From IMG/VR virus record IMGVR_UViG_3300028886_000031, positions 88,485 through 152,484 of that record: a stretch of DNA of 64,000 bases. One strand, given 5' to 3'. The stretch comes from a virus (Duplodnaviria > Heunggongvirae > Uroviricota > Caudoviricetes). The notes below the pieces were generated by a model. The model saw only the letters and a program-made list of their open reading frames with translations, did no database searches and had not been told where the DNA came from. Positions 49,848 through 58,701 of the stretch are shown here, in pieces (the stretch's first letter is position 1; the number at the start of each line of letters is the position of its first letter). The translations under genes were made by a program, and so were the position numbers.

Positions 49848-50637
49848 ACTGGCGTGTCACATCAACGTTAATATTCTGTTCATAGCCACACTTACACTTG
49901 TTTGTAGCCTGAACGCTGATGCGACACTTATCGAAGTTCTCTTGGTATTCTCTGGTAATTAGCTTTCTATCATATGCCGGGAGTTGATTATATGCCTGCA
50001 TAATATTATTTCTATCTTGAACAATTTCAGGATTTGGATTATCTGCAGTTGGGGCTATTTCAAAATGATCAACCATAAGAAGATCTGTAGCCATTGCTGC
50101 ATCCTGTTCGGACATAGAAGCGGCAGTTTTAGAGATTTCTATCTCTTCTTTCATTGTTGGTGCTTTGAGATAACATGACACGCCTTCGAGAATCTTAAGT
50201 GGAACTTTTATTCTAGAAGTAAGACAATCTTCTTCTTTGTCCCACATCTGATAGTTAAAACCTTTTTCCATGTCAATCTTAACTTTGTTCTGAGTATTGC
50301 ATTGACGACATGTGACATTAAAGTTCTGTGTGTCTTTATATGTGGCTACATAGAGACCATAAACAAGAGTATCACGATCACGAAGCGTTGTTCTACTAAT
50401 AAAATCATCGTATGTTTTAATATCCTCTGGTTTCTTTACCAGACAACCCCATAGAACTTGTGCTAGATGTTCTGGCACGGTAATTGGAGTGAGAACGCTT
50501 CCTTTCAACGCCTCTTCATCTGAAACTGTCATGGAGCGAACACTGAATGTTTGTTTTCTCTGTGGAGTTAGAACTTCAAATTCTGGATATTTGATCTTAA
50601 ATCCAGTGAATACTTCTGTTCCGATTGGTGTAATCAT
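49828..50637 (-). CDS. Baseplate hub / tail assembly chaperone (T4 gp26-like)
   Basis: YPEFEVLTP..FSVRSMTVSDEEAL, CRQC and CKCG Zn-ribbon motifs, FF near C-terminus; AAGGA RBS. Confidence 0.8.
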   Translation of the reverse strand: MITPIGTEVFTGFKIKYPEFEVLTPQRKQTFSVRSMTVSDEEALKGSVLTPITVPEHLAQVLWGCLVKKPEDIKTYDDFISRTTLRDRDTLVYGLYVATYKDTQNFNVTCRQCNTQNKVKIDMEKGFNYQMWDKEEDCLTSRIKVPLKILEGVSCYLKAPTMKEEIEISKTAASMSEQDAAMATDLLMVDHFEIAPTADNPNPEIVQDRNNIMQAYNQLPAYDRKLITREYQENFDKCRISVQATNKCKCGYEQNINVDVTRQFFLALY

Positions 50638-50720
50638 ATGATTAATTATCCTTATCTTTTAATGTTAAAAAACTACTGATTAGTTTAATCAACTTCAACT
50701 TTAAAATTTATATTTATTCA

Positions 50721-50758
50721 AAGAAGACAGAGTCTTACTTAAAAGACTCTGCCTTCTT
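50721..50758 (-). terminator. Hairpin, probable terminator
   Basis: 16-bp stem whose single mismatch is a G-U pair on the - strand. Confidence 0.65.
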
Positions 50759-50911
50759 AATCCAGGATTTATATCTATCCAATGCTTTATTTAACTCGAA
50801 AGCTGTAAATAACAGACATGTTCCACTTTCTAATTCTAACTTGTAATATACATCGTTAGAATGATCAAAGTTTTTCTTTCTGTTATTTACAACTTTCTGG
50901 AGTTTTAGCAT
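50735..50911 (-). CDS. 58-aa small protein (MLKLQKVVNN...KAESFK)
   Basis: Manual translation; starts 2 nt after the tube gene stop. Confidence 0.55.
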   Translation of the reverse strand: MLKLQKVVNNRKKNFDHSNDVYYKLELESGTCLLFTAFELNKALDRYKSWIKKAESFK

Positions 50912-50913
50912 AA

Positions 50914-51723
50914 TTAGAGAACAGCAGGAGTATTAATAAACTCAGCTGCATTCTGTTCCATGTAACGGAAACCATCTCTTGACCAGAGTGTATTTCCTGT
51001 GGAACCCTGTTTTGCTTTTGTAGCTTCTTTACATGCTAATGAATAAACCCAGTCTTCATGCCAAATGAAGTCGAGGTGATAATCAATATCAATTTCAAGT
51101 TTATCAATTGCTGTAATATCACCAGTAAAGAGGTCAAGTGGATCCTTTGTAGGATAGACGCCAGAATATGCAGCATAATATTCAACTGTGCAACCATCTG
51201 GTTTTGTTGTCCAATAAAGAAGTGTTGCTGAATAATTTGCCTTGTTATATTCTGCTCCACCAGCAATTTGTGATGCTTGAGTTGAACCCTTAAGAGCAGT
51301 TAAACCGATCTTGTTGTCACGGATCATGTTGACCCAAGCACGGTGAATACGAAGAATCGGAAGTCCAGAGAACTCTATATATTTAAGAGAGATTGTATTA
51401 CCATAATCAATTCCACCAGGAACACCCCATTTTGTTCCACCGAGACCTTGATACTCAACTGTATTGAGTGTACCTCCTGGAGGAGTTACGGAAACACAAG
51501 ATGATTCTAGAACTTCGTTATCATATTTATTTCCATAGAGCGTTGTCTGGTCATTTGTTTTGAATATAAAAGCATTAGCAGCAATATAATCATGAAGTGT
51601 CTTTGGCATAAGCCATTTAACATATGAAAAACCGCTAATATATGGTTCACAAGCGACATTTGAGGAAGTTCCGCCCCAGTTTCTGTCTCTTGTTTTTGTA
51701 AGCATTTTGTTAAAAGCACTCAT
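50914..51723 (-). CDS. Tail tube protein paralog 4 (likely major tube)
   Basis: gp19-like pattern SVTPPG..VPG.IDYG..LKY.E..W..IRD..YSGVYP..IDIDY.D; GGAG RBS; sheath-like codon usage. Confidence 0.75.
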   Translation of the reverse strand: MSAFNKMLTKTRDRNWGGTSSNVACEPYISGFSYVKWLMPKTLHDYIAANAFIFKTNDQTTLYGNKYDNEVLESSCVSVTPPGGTLNTVEYQGLGGTKWGVPGGIDYGNTISLKYIEFSGLPILRIHRAWVNMIRDNKIGLTALKGSTQASQIAGGAEYNKANYSATLLYWTTKPDGCTVEYYAAYSGVYPTKDPLDLFTGDITAIDKLEIDIDYHLDFIWHEDWVYSLACKEATKAKQGSTGNTLWSRDGFRYMEQNAAEFINTPAVL

Positions 51724-51790
51724 TTGTATAAATCTCCGAACTTTTATTATTTATTAGAGTTTTGGTTTTGAATTAGGACAATAGTTCTTT

Positions 51791-52585
51791 TTATAATTTA
51801 CTTGACATTTGATTAGCACTTGTTGCTTTCCTTGAATTCATAAATCCATCTCTAGACCATAATGTTCCATTTTTTGCACCAAATGGTGCTGATTTCTGTA
51901 CTTTTTTAACTTCATCCCATACCCATTGGTCTGTCCATAAGTGGTCTATTCTATATGACATATCTAGTTCTACTTTATCGATTCCGCTTATATCACTTCC
52001 AAAAGATTCCTGATTATCCCTTTCTGGAATAACTCCAGAATACGCACAGCAATATTCTGGAGTACATCCATCTGGTTTTGTTGTCCAATATAGAACGCTT
52101 CCTGCATAATTTTGTTTTTGAAATGTTGTCTCTGGTTCGTATGGTTTTCCTTCAACTCCTTGATGTGCGTCTCTTATCATATCTATCCAGCATTTATGTA
52201 TTCTATATATAGGAAGACCTGACATTTCTATATACTTTATATTTAGTGAGTGACCATAATTGACTCTCATAGGATTATTCCATACAACTCCACAAGAACC
52301 TCTATATTCAACAAAGTCTATGGATTGTCCCGGAGGAGTTACTCCGACACATGCTGCAGATAAAATGTTTTCACATGTTTGTTTCTTTCCGCCACCTTGA
52401 CTAAAATCAGTCTGATTATTTTCTATACTTGTAGTATAAGAATTTAAAAAATTCGTTAGTGTTTCAGGAAGATACCATTTAATGAAGAAGAAACCACTAA
52501 TATATGGCTCACAAGCATAAATATTGCTTGTACCTCCAAAATTTCTAGTTCTATGTTGTTTAAGAACAGAATTAAAAGCACTCAT
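51791..52585 (-). CDS. Tail tube protein paralog 3 (most divergent)
   Basis: Shares MSAFN, CEPYISG, YWTTKPDG, LWSRDGF with the others. Confidence 0.72.
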   Translation of the reverse strand: MSAFNSVLKQHRTRNFGGTSNIYACEPYISGFFFIKWYLPETLTNFLNSYTTSIENNQTDFSQGGGKKQTCENILSAACVGVTPPGQSIDFVEYRGSCGVVWNNPMRVNYGHSLNIKYIEMSGLPIYRIHKCWIDMIRDAHQGVEGKPYEPETTFQKQNYAGSVLYWTTKPDGCTPEYCCAYSGVIPERDNQESFGSDISGIDKVELDMSYRIDHLWTDQWVWDEVKKVQKSAPFGAKNGTLWSRDGFMNSRKATSANQMSSKL

Positions 52586-52646
52586 AAGAATATTCTAAAT
52601 AATAAACAATTTATTATTTATTCGTGTAGAAAAATGCGAGGAAAAG

Positions 52647-52684
52647 TCCAATCCATACGCTAAAAGGAAAACGTATGGATTGGA
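52647..52684 (-). terminator. Terminator between tube paralogs 2 and 3
   Basis: tccaatccatacg / cgtatggattgga 13-bp stem followed by CTTTT on - strand. Confidence 0.7.
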
Positions 52685-52701
52685 TAATATATAACTCGTT
52701 A

Positions 52702-53517
52702 TTAGAGTCTTGATGGCATGTCATTAAATTGTGCATATCCGAGTCTTTGAGTTTGATATCTGAAGCCATCTCTAGACCAAAGAGTATGATTGTTTGCACC
52801 TTGTTTGGAATTCTTAGCTTCTTCTTGTGCCATCTTCCAGACCCAATCTTCTTGCCAGATCATATCTACATTATAATCCATATCTATTTCAACTTTATCT
52901 ATTGCTGTAATATCACCAGTAAAAATATCATGTGGATCTTTTGTCGGGAATAGACCAGAGTATGCTGCAGCAAATTCAACAGTAACACCATCTGGTTTCG
53001 TTGTCCAATAGAGAAGAGTTGCTGAGTAATTACGTTTGTTATACACAGTTCCGGGTGAAACAGTATTAGAATGTGAACTTCCAGAAAGTGCAGTTAGACC
53101 AATTTTATTATCTCTGATAAAATTAAACCATGCTCTATGAATTCTCTGAATTGGAAGTCCAGAAAATTCTATATATCTCAAGGTGATAGAATCACCATAA
53201 TCCATACTTGATGGAACTGACCATTTAACACCTCCTAAACCTGTATATTCAGCTCTATTGATTGTTCCGCCGGGAGGTGTAACAGAAGTACATGCTGCTT
53301 CTAACATCTCAGAAGCATTTATATCACTATTAGCTGTGTCTGCTTGATCGTTTTGATTAGTTACTTTATATTTGCTTATAAAGTCTTTAAGTGGCTTTGG
53401 TAATTTCCATTTTACATAACTATATCCACTTAGATATGGTTCACATGCTACAGATTTTGCAGTTCCACCCCAATTTCTGTCTCTCGTTTTTCCAACCATT
53501 TCGTTAAAAGCACTCAT
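52702..53517 (-). CDS. Tail tube protein paralog 2
   Basis: Same motifs; GAGG RBS. Confidence 0.72.
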   Translation of the reverse strand: MSAFNEMVGKTRDRNWGGTAKSVACEPYLSGYSYVKWKLPKPLKDFISKYKVTNQNDQADTANSDINASEMLEAACTSVTPPGGTINRAEYTGLGGVKWSVPSSMDYGDSITLRYIEFSGLPIQRIHRAWFNFIRDNKIGLTALSGSSHSNTVSPGTVYNKRNYSATLLYWTTKPDGVTVEFAAAYSGLFPTKDPHDIFTGDITAIDKVEIDMDYNVDMIWQEDWVWKMAQEEAKNSKQGANNHTLWSRDGFRYQTQRLGYAQFNDMPSRL

Positions 53518-53534
53518 ATATTTAGTCCTCTCTA

Positions 53535-54356
53535 TTATAATTTACTTGATGTATCCTTAAACGATACTGGACTTTGACCACTATATCTAAATCCATCTCT
53601 TGACCAAAGTGTATGATCTTTAGCACCATATTTTGGTTTTTTAGCTTCTTCTTTAGCTAAATTATAGACCCAGTCTTCATGCCATATCATATCAACATTA
53701 TAGTCTATATCAATTTCTAATTTGTCTACGGAGTTAATATCACCATTAAAAAGATCCATCGGATCCTTTAATGGAAATACACCAGAATATGCTGCATAAT
53801 ATTCTACTGTTACACCATCTGGTTTAGTTGTCCAGTAAAGAAGTGTTGCTGAATAGTCTGATTTATTATATTTCTTTTTAGTTGTGCTCATGTCTTTTCC
53901 ATTGTCTCCAGCCAATCCAGTTAGACCAATTTTATTATCTCTTATCATTCTACACCATGTTCTATGGATTCTAAAAATAGGAAGTCCAGAAAATTCTGTA
54001 TATTTTAATGTTATTGTATTGCCATAATCTATAGATCCAGGAACAGCCCATTTTCCTCCGCCGAGAGTTGCAAATGATACTTTGTTTAGTGTACCACCTG
54101 GAGGTGTAACAGAAGTGCATGCACAATCTAAAACCTGAGATTGTATAAACGATTCTGTCTGATCGTTTTCTCCATTCTTTTGATAAATATCATCATATAG
54201 AGTATCATATTTGATATGAAATCTCTCTAGAGCCTCTGGAAGCTGCCATTTCACAAAAGAATAGCCACTGATATATGGCTCACAAGCAACAGACTGCCAA
54301 GTTCCACCCCAGTTTCTATCTCTTGTTTTGTCTAACATTTTATTAAAAGCACTCAT
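53535..54356 (-). CDS. Tail tube protein paralog 1
   Basis: Same motifs; immediately downstream of sheath. Confidence 0.72.
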   Translation of the reverse strand: MSAFNKMLDKTRDRNWGGTWQSVACEPYISGYSFVKWQLPEALERFHIKYDTLYDDIYQKNGENDQTESFIQSQVLDCACTSVTPPGGTLNKVSFATLGGGKWAVPGSIDYGNTITLKYTEFSGLPIFRIHRTWCRMIRDNKIGLTGLAGDNGKDMSTTKKKYNKSDYSATLLYWTTKPDGVTVEYYAAYSGVFPLKDPMDLFNGDINSVDKLEIDIDYNVDMIWHEDWVYNLAKEEAKKPKYGAKDHTLWSRDGFRYSGQSPVSFKDTSSKL

Positions 54357-54400
54357 TGTAAAATCCTTTACAAACTATTTTAAAATTTGTTCGAAAAAAA

Positions 54401-54438
54401 TGACTAACCTATACTTTTTAAAAAGTATAGGTTAGTCA
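54401..54438. terminator. Perfect 38-bp palindrome between sheath and tube genes
   Basis: tgactaacctatacttttt|aaaaagtataggttagtca, followed by a T run on the - strand. Confidence 0.75.
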
Positions 54439-54462
54439 GTTTAAAAAAGATTCTAAATCAGA

Positions 54463-57400
54463 TTACTTAATATAGAGATTAAGTTCAATCTTCTCCAGCA
54501 CCTTTGTTGGCTCAAGTGTGACATTGACGTGGCAAGTCTTTGTCTTGAGTTCATAGTCTGTAGCACCAACTTCAAGACTATAAGAACGAATTCCCCCATT
54601 TGCCTGGACAGTATCCAGGAATGGTGAAATACCACTATAGATACTATCCCATGTAGCCTGATCGTTCATCTCGAAGATGTAGTTTCTGCAATACTGCTCA
54701 AGTGCTCTCTTGATATAGAGTACGCAACGTACACAGTTCAAGTCACTCAAAGTAGAGGTCTTCTTCTGTGTGGTAAGGTTGCCCCAAACAGTCATTCCTT
54801 CTGGGAAGTGAACGATTGGATTGACCTGTGCCATGTAAAGAAGGTCACGTTGAGCCTTGTTAGGACTGTAACGGAGTTCCTTAATATCAGAGCAGACACC
54901 GCGTGTGAAGCCAGCAGCAGCATTCCAGAGATTATAGAGGTTATCCATCTGTGGAACAAGTTTAGCCATGTGATAAATTGGTGAAACCCAAATATCTTTA
55001 GCGGTGTACTTATCATACACTCTACTGTATGGCTCATAACGAGCAGCAAGGTAAGTGTTCCAGATTCTGCAATCCTTAGCACCCTTGACAGCACCGACAT
55101 ACTTCAAGCAGTCTTCAGCATCAGCGTTGTCTCCGCAGTCAGAAAGAAGTACGCAGTCTCTACGATATGTGTCAACGAGTTCAAGAGCTGCCTGCTTTAC
55201 ATCTGGTTTATAACCTGGATCATAAACCAATGTGAAGTAAATCCAGTCAAGATCGTAAACATTATCTGTATACTGCTGCTTGTACTTAATTGTTCCTGTG
55301 GACTCATCAACATTCTTTACAATAACAGGATTCTTAAGAAGTCCAGTATATGCAAAGCAGAGAATCTGATCACCAATCTGTGCATTGACAGTCTTCTTCT
55401 CATTGATAAGTGAACCGAGAGAACCATTCTCAAGATAATATGACTGCTCACCAGCAGCAACAGAGTCACTATCGTTCATATTCATAAGATTCTGTGAAGA
55501 AGCCCATGTGAAGATAGCATCAGCATCTGTTGTCATTTGCTGAGCAATATTCATAGAATCTATAGCATTCTCTATCTGAGTAGCTTTTGTTACGTCAGAA
55601 ACATCAAGTTCGAGTGCCTGCTCATAGAGCTTGTGTGCATCGAATGTTGCCTTCTGAGCCCATGCCTTAGCATAGTAAGCTTCCCAAAGGAGTTTTGCCT
55701 TAACACCATAATTAAATGTTGCAGCAGCAACCTGATCATATGGAAGTTTTGATTCCTCAGCCTTCCTCTCTAGATATGCTTTCATCTCATCCAAGAAGAC
55801 ATTCATATCAGCATTGATGACCTTATCGTAATTCTTATTCATCTCATCCGTGATAAATTCAGGGATGGATCCTGGGAAACAACCAACAAGTGCAACATTT
55901 GCTGTAACGGTCTTTCCACCATCAACGAGTGTAGAACCTTCATAAGTCTCATTATCAGCAATCTCAGCAATGGTTGGATCATTCTGATAGAAAGCCTGAA
56001 TCTGTGTTGTGAAGAGATCAACAGAATTTTCATTTGCCTCAACGACAATTCTTGAAGAATACTTGTTGATAACATCTACCCAATACATAGACTCACCATC
56101 GGAATCCAATGCTGTAGGATCGAAGGAAATGTTATAAGACTCACAAAGAACATCAGTACCATCCTGGAGCTCAAATATCTGGAACTTATATGTTCCAAAT
56201 GAAGCAGGATTTGCATCAGATGTAATCTTGATACTATAACTATTGTAATAGCTACCACGTCCAACAGCTCTTACATAACCGAGCATGCAGTTATGTGGAA
56301 GTCTGTCGTTTGTGGAATAAATTGGATCACCATTAGCATTCTCAATAGCACCAGTAATAAGAGTATCATTAGCAAAGAAGAGGGATTCCAGAAGCTGAGT
56401 ATTCTTCATCTTTGGAGCCTTATCTGTCTTAGCATACTCTTTAATGGATGTGACATAGACATCATCTACTGTGAGTGCTGGTTGTCCATTCTTGTCCCAA
56501 GCACAACCCTTAGCAATTGCAATTCTTGCATTTGTCTTGAAATCAGAGGCATTTCTGTTCATAACATAAAGAAGATTCTTAGCATCAACCTTGAATCTTG
56601 ATGTTGTTGGCTTGCGAAGTGCTACAGTTGTTTCCTTTTCTCCATCACTATAGATAGAATTACCGCAATACTTAACATCTTCCTCTACGTTTGTTAACCA
56701 ACCGTATCTGTCATATGCATCATAATTTGCGATAGCATCCTGTCTCTTGCTAGGATCAGCGCTGATCTTATACCAAGGTGAAAGATCTGTTGTATAGCCG
56801 AGAACTGTAAGTTTAAGATCTTCTGGAATAACAGATCCAGATTCAGATTCCGACTCAGATTCCGTGACAACAGCGAACTCTACACGATCAGTATACTTAA
56901 TGTCATCAAGTCTGTCAGAATCAAGAACAACAAGACCATCTGCATCATAACCGCAACGAACCTTCTGAGCAGCAGCTTTCTTTGCAGGATCAATGAGATA
57001 AATTCCATCTTCTGTATCCACATACTTGACAAACTGTCTTTCACACTTGACATCAGACTGAATAGCATATTCCATTCCTGGAACAATACTAATAGCAGAG
57101 AGTGAAGTATGCTTTCCATTATACCAATCAGCAAGATCACCATAGATCTTACGATAACCAACATTTCCATCGCCTTCAGATGATGTTGGCTCAAACTGTA
57201 CAACAACAGTCTTATCTATATCACCATTAAATGTAGCACCCTCTGTTCCAGGCGTAACAGTGACATCAACTTGCTCTGTTCCAGCTTTCTTATATGCTTC
57301 CTTGCTGACATGTGTAATTGTAGCAGCAACTCCTGCTATTCTAGCAGCATAGTCTTCATCACTTTCATCAGATTCCTGCTCTGGCTTTGTAACAAGTGCA

Positions 57401-58071
57401 GCACCTGTTGTATAACACTTGCAATCAGAATCCTTTAAAGCTGGTAGACGAAGATCATCTACACCTTCTGATTCATCTGATGGTGCTACGCCAGTTTCTA
57501 CCTGATAAAGTGGAAGTGTCCAAGCACCGTCAGCGAACTCGATCTTGTCTGTGAAAACAACTGCACTAGCAACATTTGTACGACGGCATATATCATATGT
57601 TACATCGTATTCCCAACCAGCGTTTGCATTGACAATATCTTGTTTGTCGATATTTGGATTAACTTCGTATAAATCAATTGTCTTCTGTTCACCTTGATCA
57701 CAGATTACCTTTTGATAAGTTTGTGCGAACTTATAAACGAGTGGATAATCAGGGACTGTGGAGAAGTAAATGAATGTGTGAGCATAGACAGCATCATCTG
57801 GAAGTGCTCTCACGACATAAAGGTCTGAAGAGACACTAAGGTGTTGTGCTGCAATATATGGACCACAACCATAATACTTACCGAATGTTCTAATATCAGG
57901 CTCACCGAACTTTTCAACATAATCCTGATAGGATGTGACACGCGTAAGAACGTTGTCAGGACCCTTTTCAGTTATGATTGGAAGGAATCCGATTGTACCA
58001 GATGTAGAAGTAAGATAAGTACTGAGATCTATAATTTTCGTATAGACTCCAGGGCTAATCATATCTGCCAT
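54463..58071 (-). CDS. Tail sheath protein with large insertions (1202 aa)
   Basis: SPGVYTKIIDLS, EKGP..FGEP; C-terminal W.AAAGFTRG, RDLLY..QVNPI, VWGNLT, NCVRCVLYIK, FEMND..T. Confidence 0.93.
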   Translation of the reverse strand: MADMISPGVYTKIIDLSTYLTSTSGTIGFLPIITEKGPDNVLTRVTSYQDYVEKFGEPDIRTFGKYYGCGPYIAAQHLSVSSDLYVVRALPDDAVYAHTFIYFSTVPDYPLVYKFAQTYQKVICDQGEQKTIDLYEVNPNIDKQDIVNANAGWEYDVTYDICRRTNVASAVVFTDKIEFADGAWTLPLYQVETGVAPSDESEGVDDLRLPALKDSDCKCYTTGAALVTKPEQESDESDEDYAARIAGVAATITHVSKEAYKKAGTEQVDVTVTPGTEGATFNGDIDKTVVVQFEPTSSEGDGNVGYRKIYGDLADWYNGKHTSLSAISIVPGMEYAIQSDVKCERQFVKYVDTEDGIYLIDPAKKAAAQKVRCGYDADGLVVLDSDRLDDIKYTDRVEFAVVTESESESESGSVIPEDLKLTVLGYTTDLSPWYKISADPSKRQDAIANYDAYDRYGWLTNVEEDVKYCGNSIYSDGEKETTVALRKPTTSRFKVDAKNLLYVMNRNASDFKTNARIAIAKGCAWDKNGQPALTVDDVYVTSIKEYAKTDKAPKMKNTQLLESLFFANDTLITGAIENANGDPIYSTNDRLPHNCMLGYVRAVGRGSYYNSYSIKITSDANPASFGTYKFQIFELQDGTDVLCESYNISFDPTALDSDGESMYWVDVINKYSSRIVVEANENSVDLFTTQIQAFYQNDPTIAEIADNETYEGSTLVDGGKTVTANVALVGCFPGSIPEFITDEMNKNYDKVINADMNVFLDEMKAYLERKAEESKLPYDQVAAATFNYGVKAKLLWEAYYAKAWAQKATFDAHKLYEQALELDVSDVTKATQIENAIDSMNIAQQMTTDADAIFTWASSQNLMNMNDSDSVAAGEQSYYLENGSLGSLINEKKTVNAQIGDQILCFAYTGLLKNPVIVKNVDESTGTIKYKQQYTDNVYDLDWIYFTLVYDPGYKPDVKQAALELVDTYRRDCVLLSDCGDNADAEDCLKYVGAVKGAKDCRIWNTYLAARYEPYSRVYDKYTAKDIWVSPIYHMAKLVPQMDNLYNLWNAAAGFTRGVCSDIKELRYSPNKAQRDLLYMAQVNPIVHFPEGMTVWGNLTTQKKTSTLSDLNCVRCVLYIKRALEQYCRNYIFEMNDQATWDSIYSGISPFLDTVQANGGIRSYSLEVGATDYELKTKTCHVNVTLEPTKVLEKIELNLYIK

Positions 58072-58294
58072 TTTTTTGTACCTCGTAATTAATTGTTTAA
58101 GTTTTTGTTGATAGAATTTTCTAAATTCTTTATATTTGTTCTAAAAAAATTCGAAACTAAAATGACTAATCACGAGAAAAATAAAACAATAACTTACGTT
58201 TTTTAGTAAAAAATAACTATTAAATGTTCAGCTAGTAACTTAATCAATGTTTTAACTATTATTTATTCAATGGAAAATAAAAATGATTCGAGGA

Positions 58295-58327
58295 ATAAAA
58301 CGGAGTTCTAAATGAACTCCGTTTTAT
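58295..58327 (-). terminator. Hairpin, probable terminator
   Basis: ataaaacggagttc / gaactccgttttat 14-bp stem. Confidence 0.7.
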
Positions 58328-58345
58328 CCTATTTATATATAAAAA

Positions 58346-58684
58346 TTAGATTTTCTTTTTCTTAAGTTCTAATTTTTCCATTTCACTTTTAACAGCTATA
58401 ACTGCCCATTCTCTCAAACAGTTTATAACACTCTCTTTAACTTCTTTTCCTCTTTCTAGACACCACATCATAAACTTATGATTGAATTTCTCAGCTTTCT
58501 GTAATGTTGTGAGATCTTTTCTATCATTTAACTCTTTTACAAATTTGTATGCAGCTTCTTGCATACTCTTGTTTAAGATAGCACCAACAAAAACGGATCC
58601 AACTGCCTGAAATATAATTTTTGTCAATACTCCCAATGCCTTTTTTGGAAGTATAGAACATATCCAAGTCCAAAGAGATATCAT
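58346..58684 (-). CDS. Small membrane-associated protein (holin-like, uncertain)
   Basis: Hydrophobic/amphipathic first ~37 aa, basic C-terminus, GGAAGG RBS. Confidence 0.5.
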   Translation of the reverse strand: MISLWTWICSILPKKALGVLTKIIFQAVGSVFVGAILNKSMQEAAYKFVKELNDRKDLTTLQKAEKFNHKFMMWCLERGKEVKESVINCLREWAVIAVKSEMEKLELKKKKI

Positions 58685-58701
58685 AAAACACCTTCCTTAA
58701 T

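Noticed and set aside
54463-58071. Intein or intron in sheath (also considered for terminase, RNAP, helicase, ligase)
   Set aside because: No C...HN-C/S/T splice junctions, LAGLIDADG or HNH motifs; frames are uninterrupted
50914-58071. Bacterial contractile injection system (eCIS/tailocin), which can have two tube genes
   Set aside because: Terminase, ligase, helicase and phage-type small genes indicate a phage genome
58075-58290. ncRNA or origin in the AT-rich gap upstream of the sheath
   Set aside because: No convincing structure or iterons beyond promoter-like motifs
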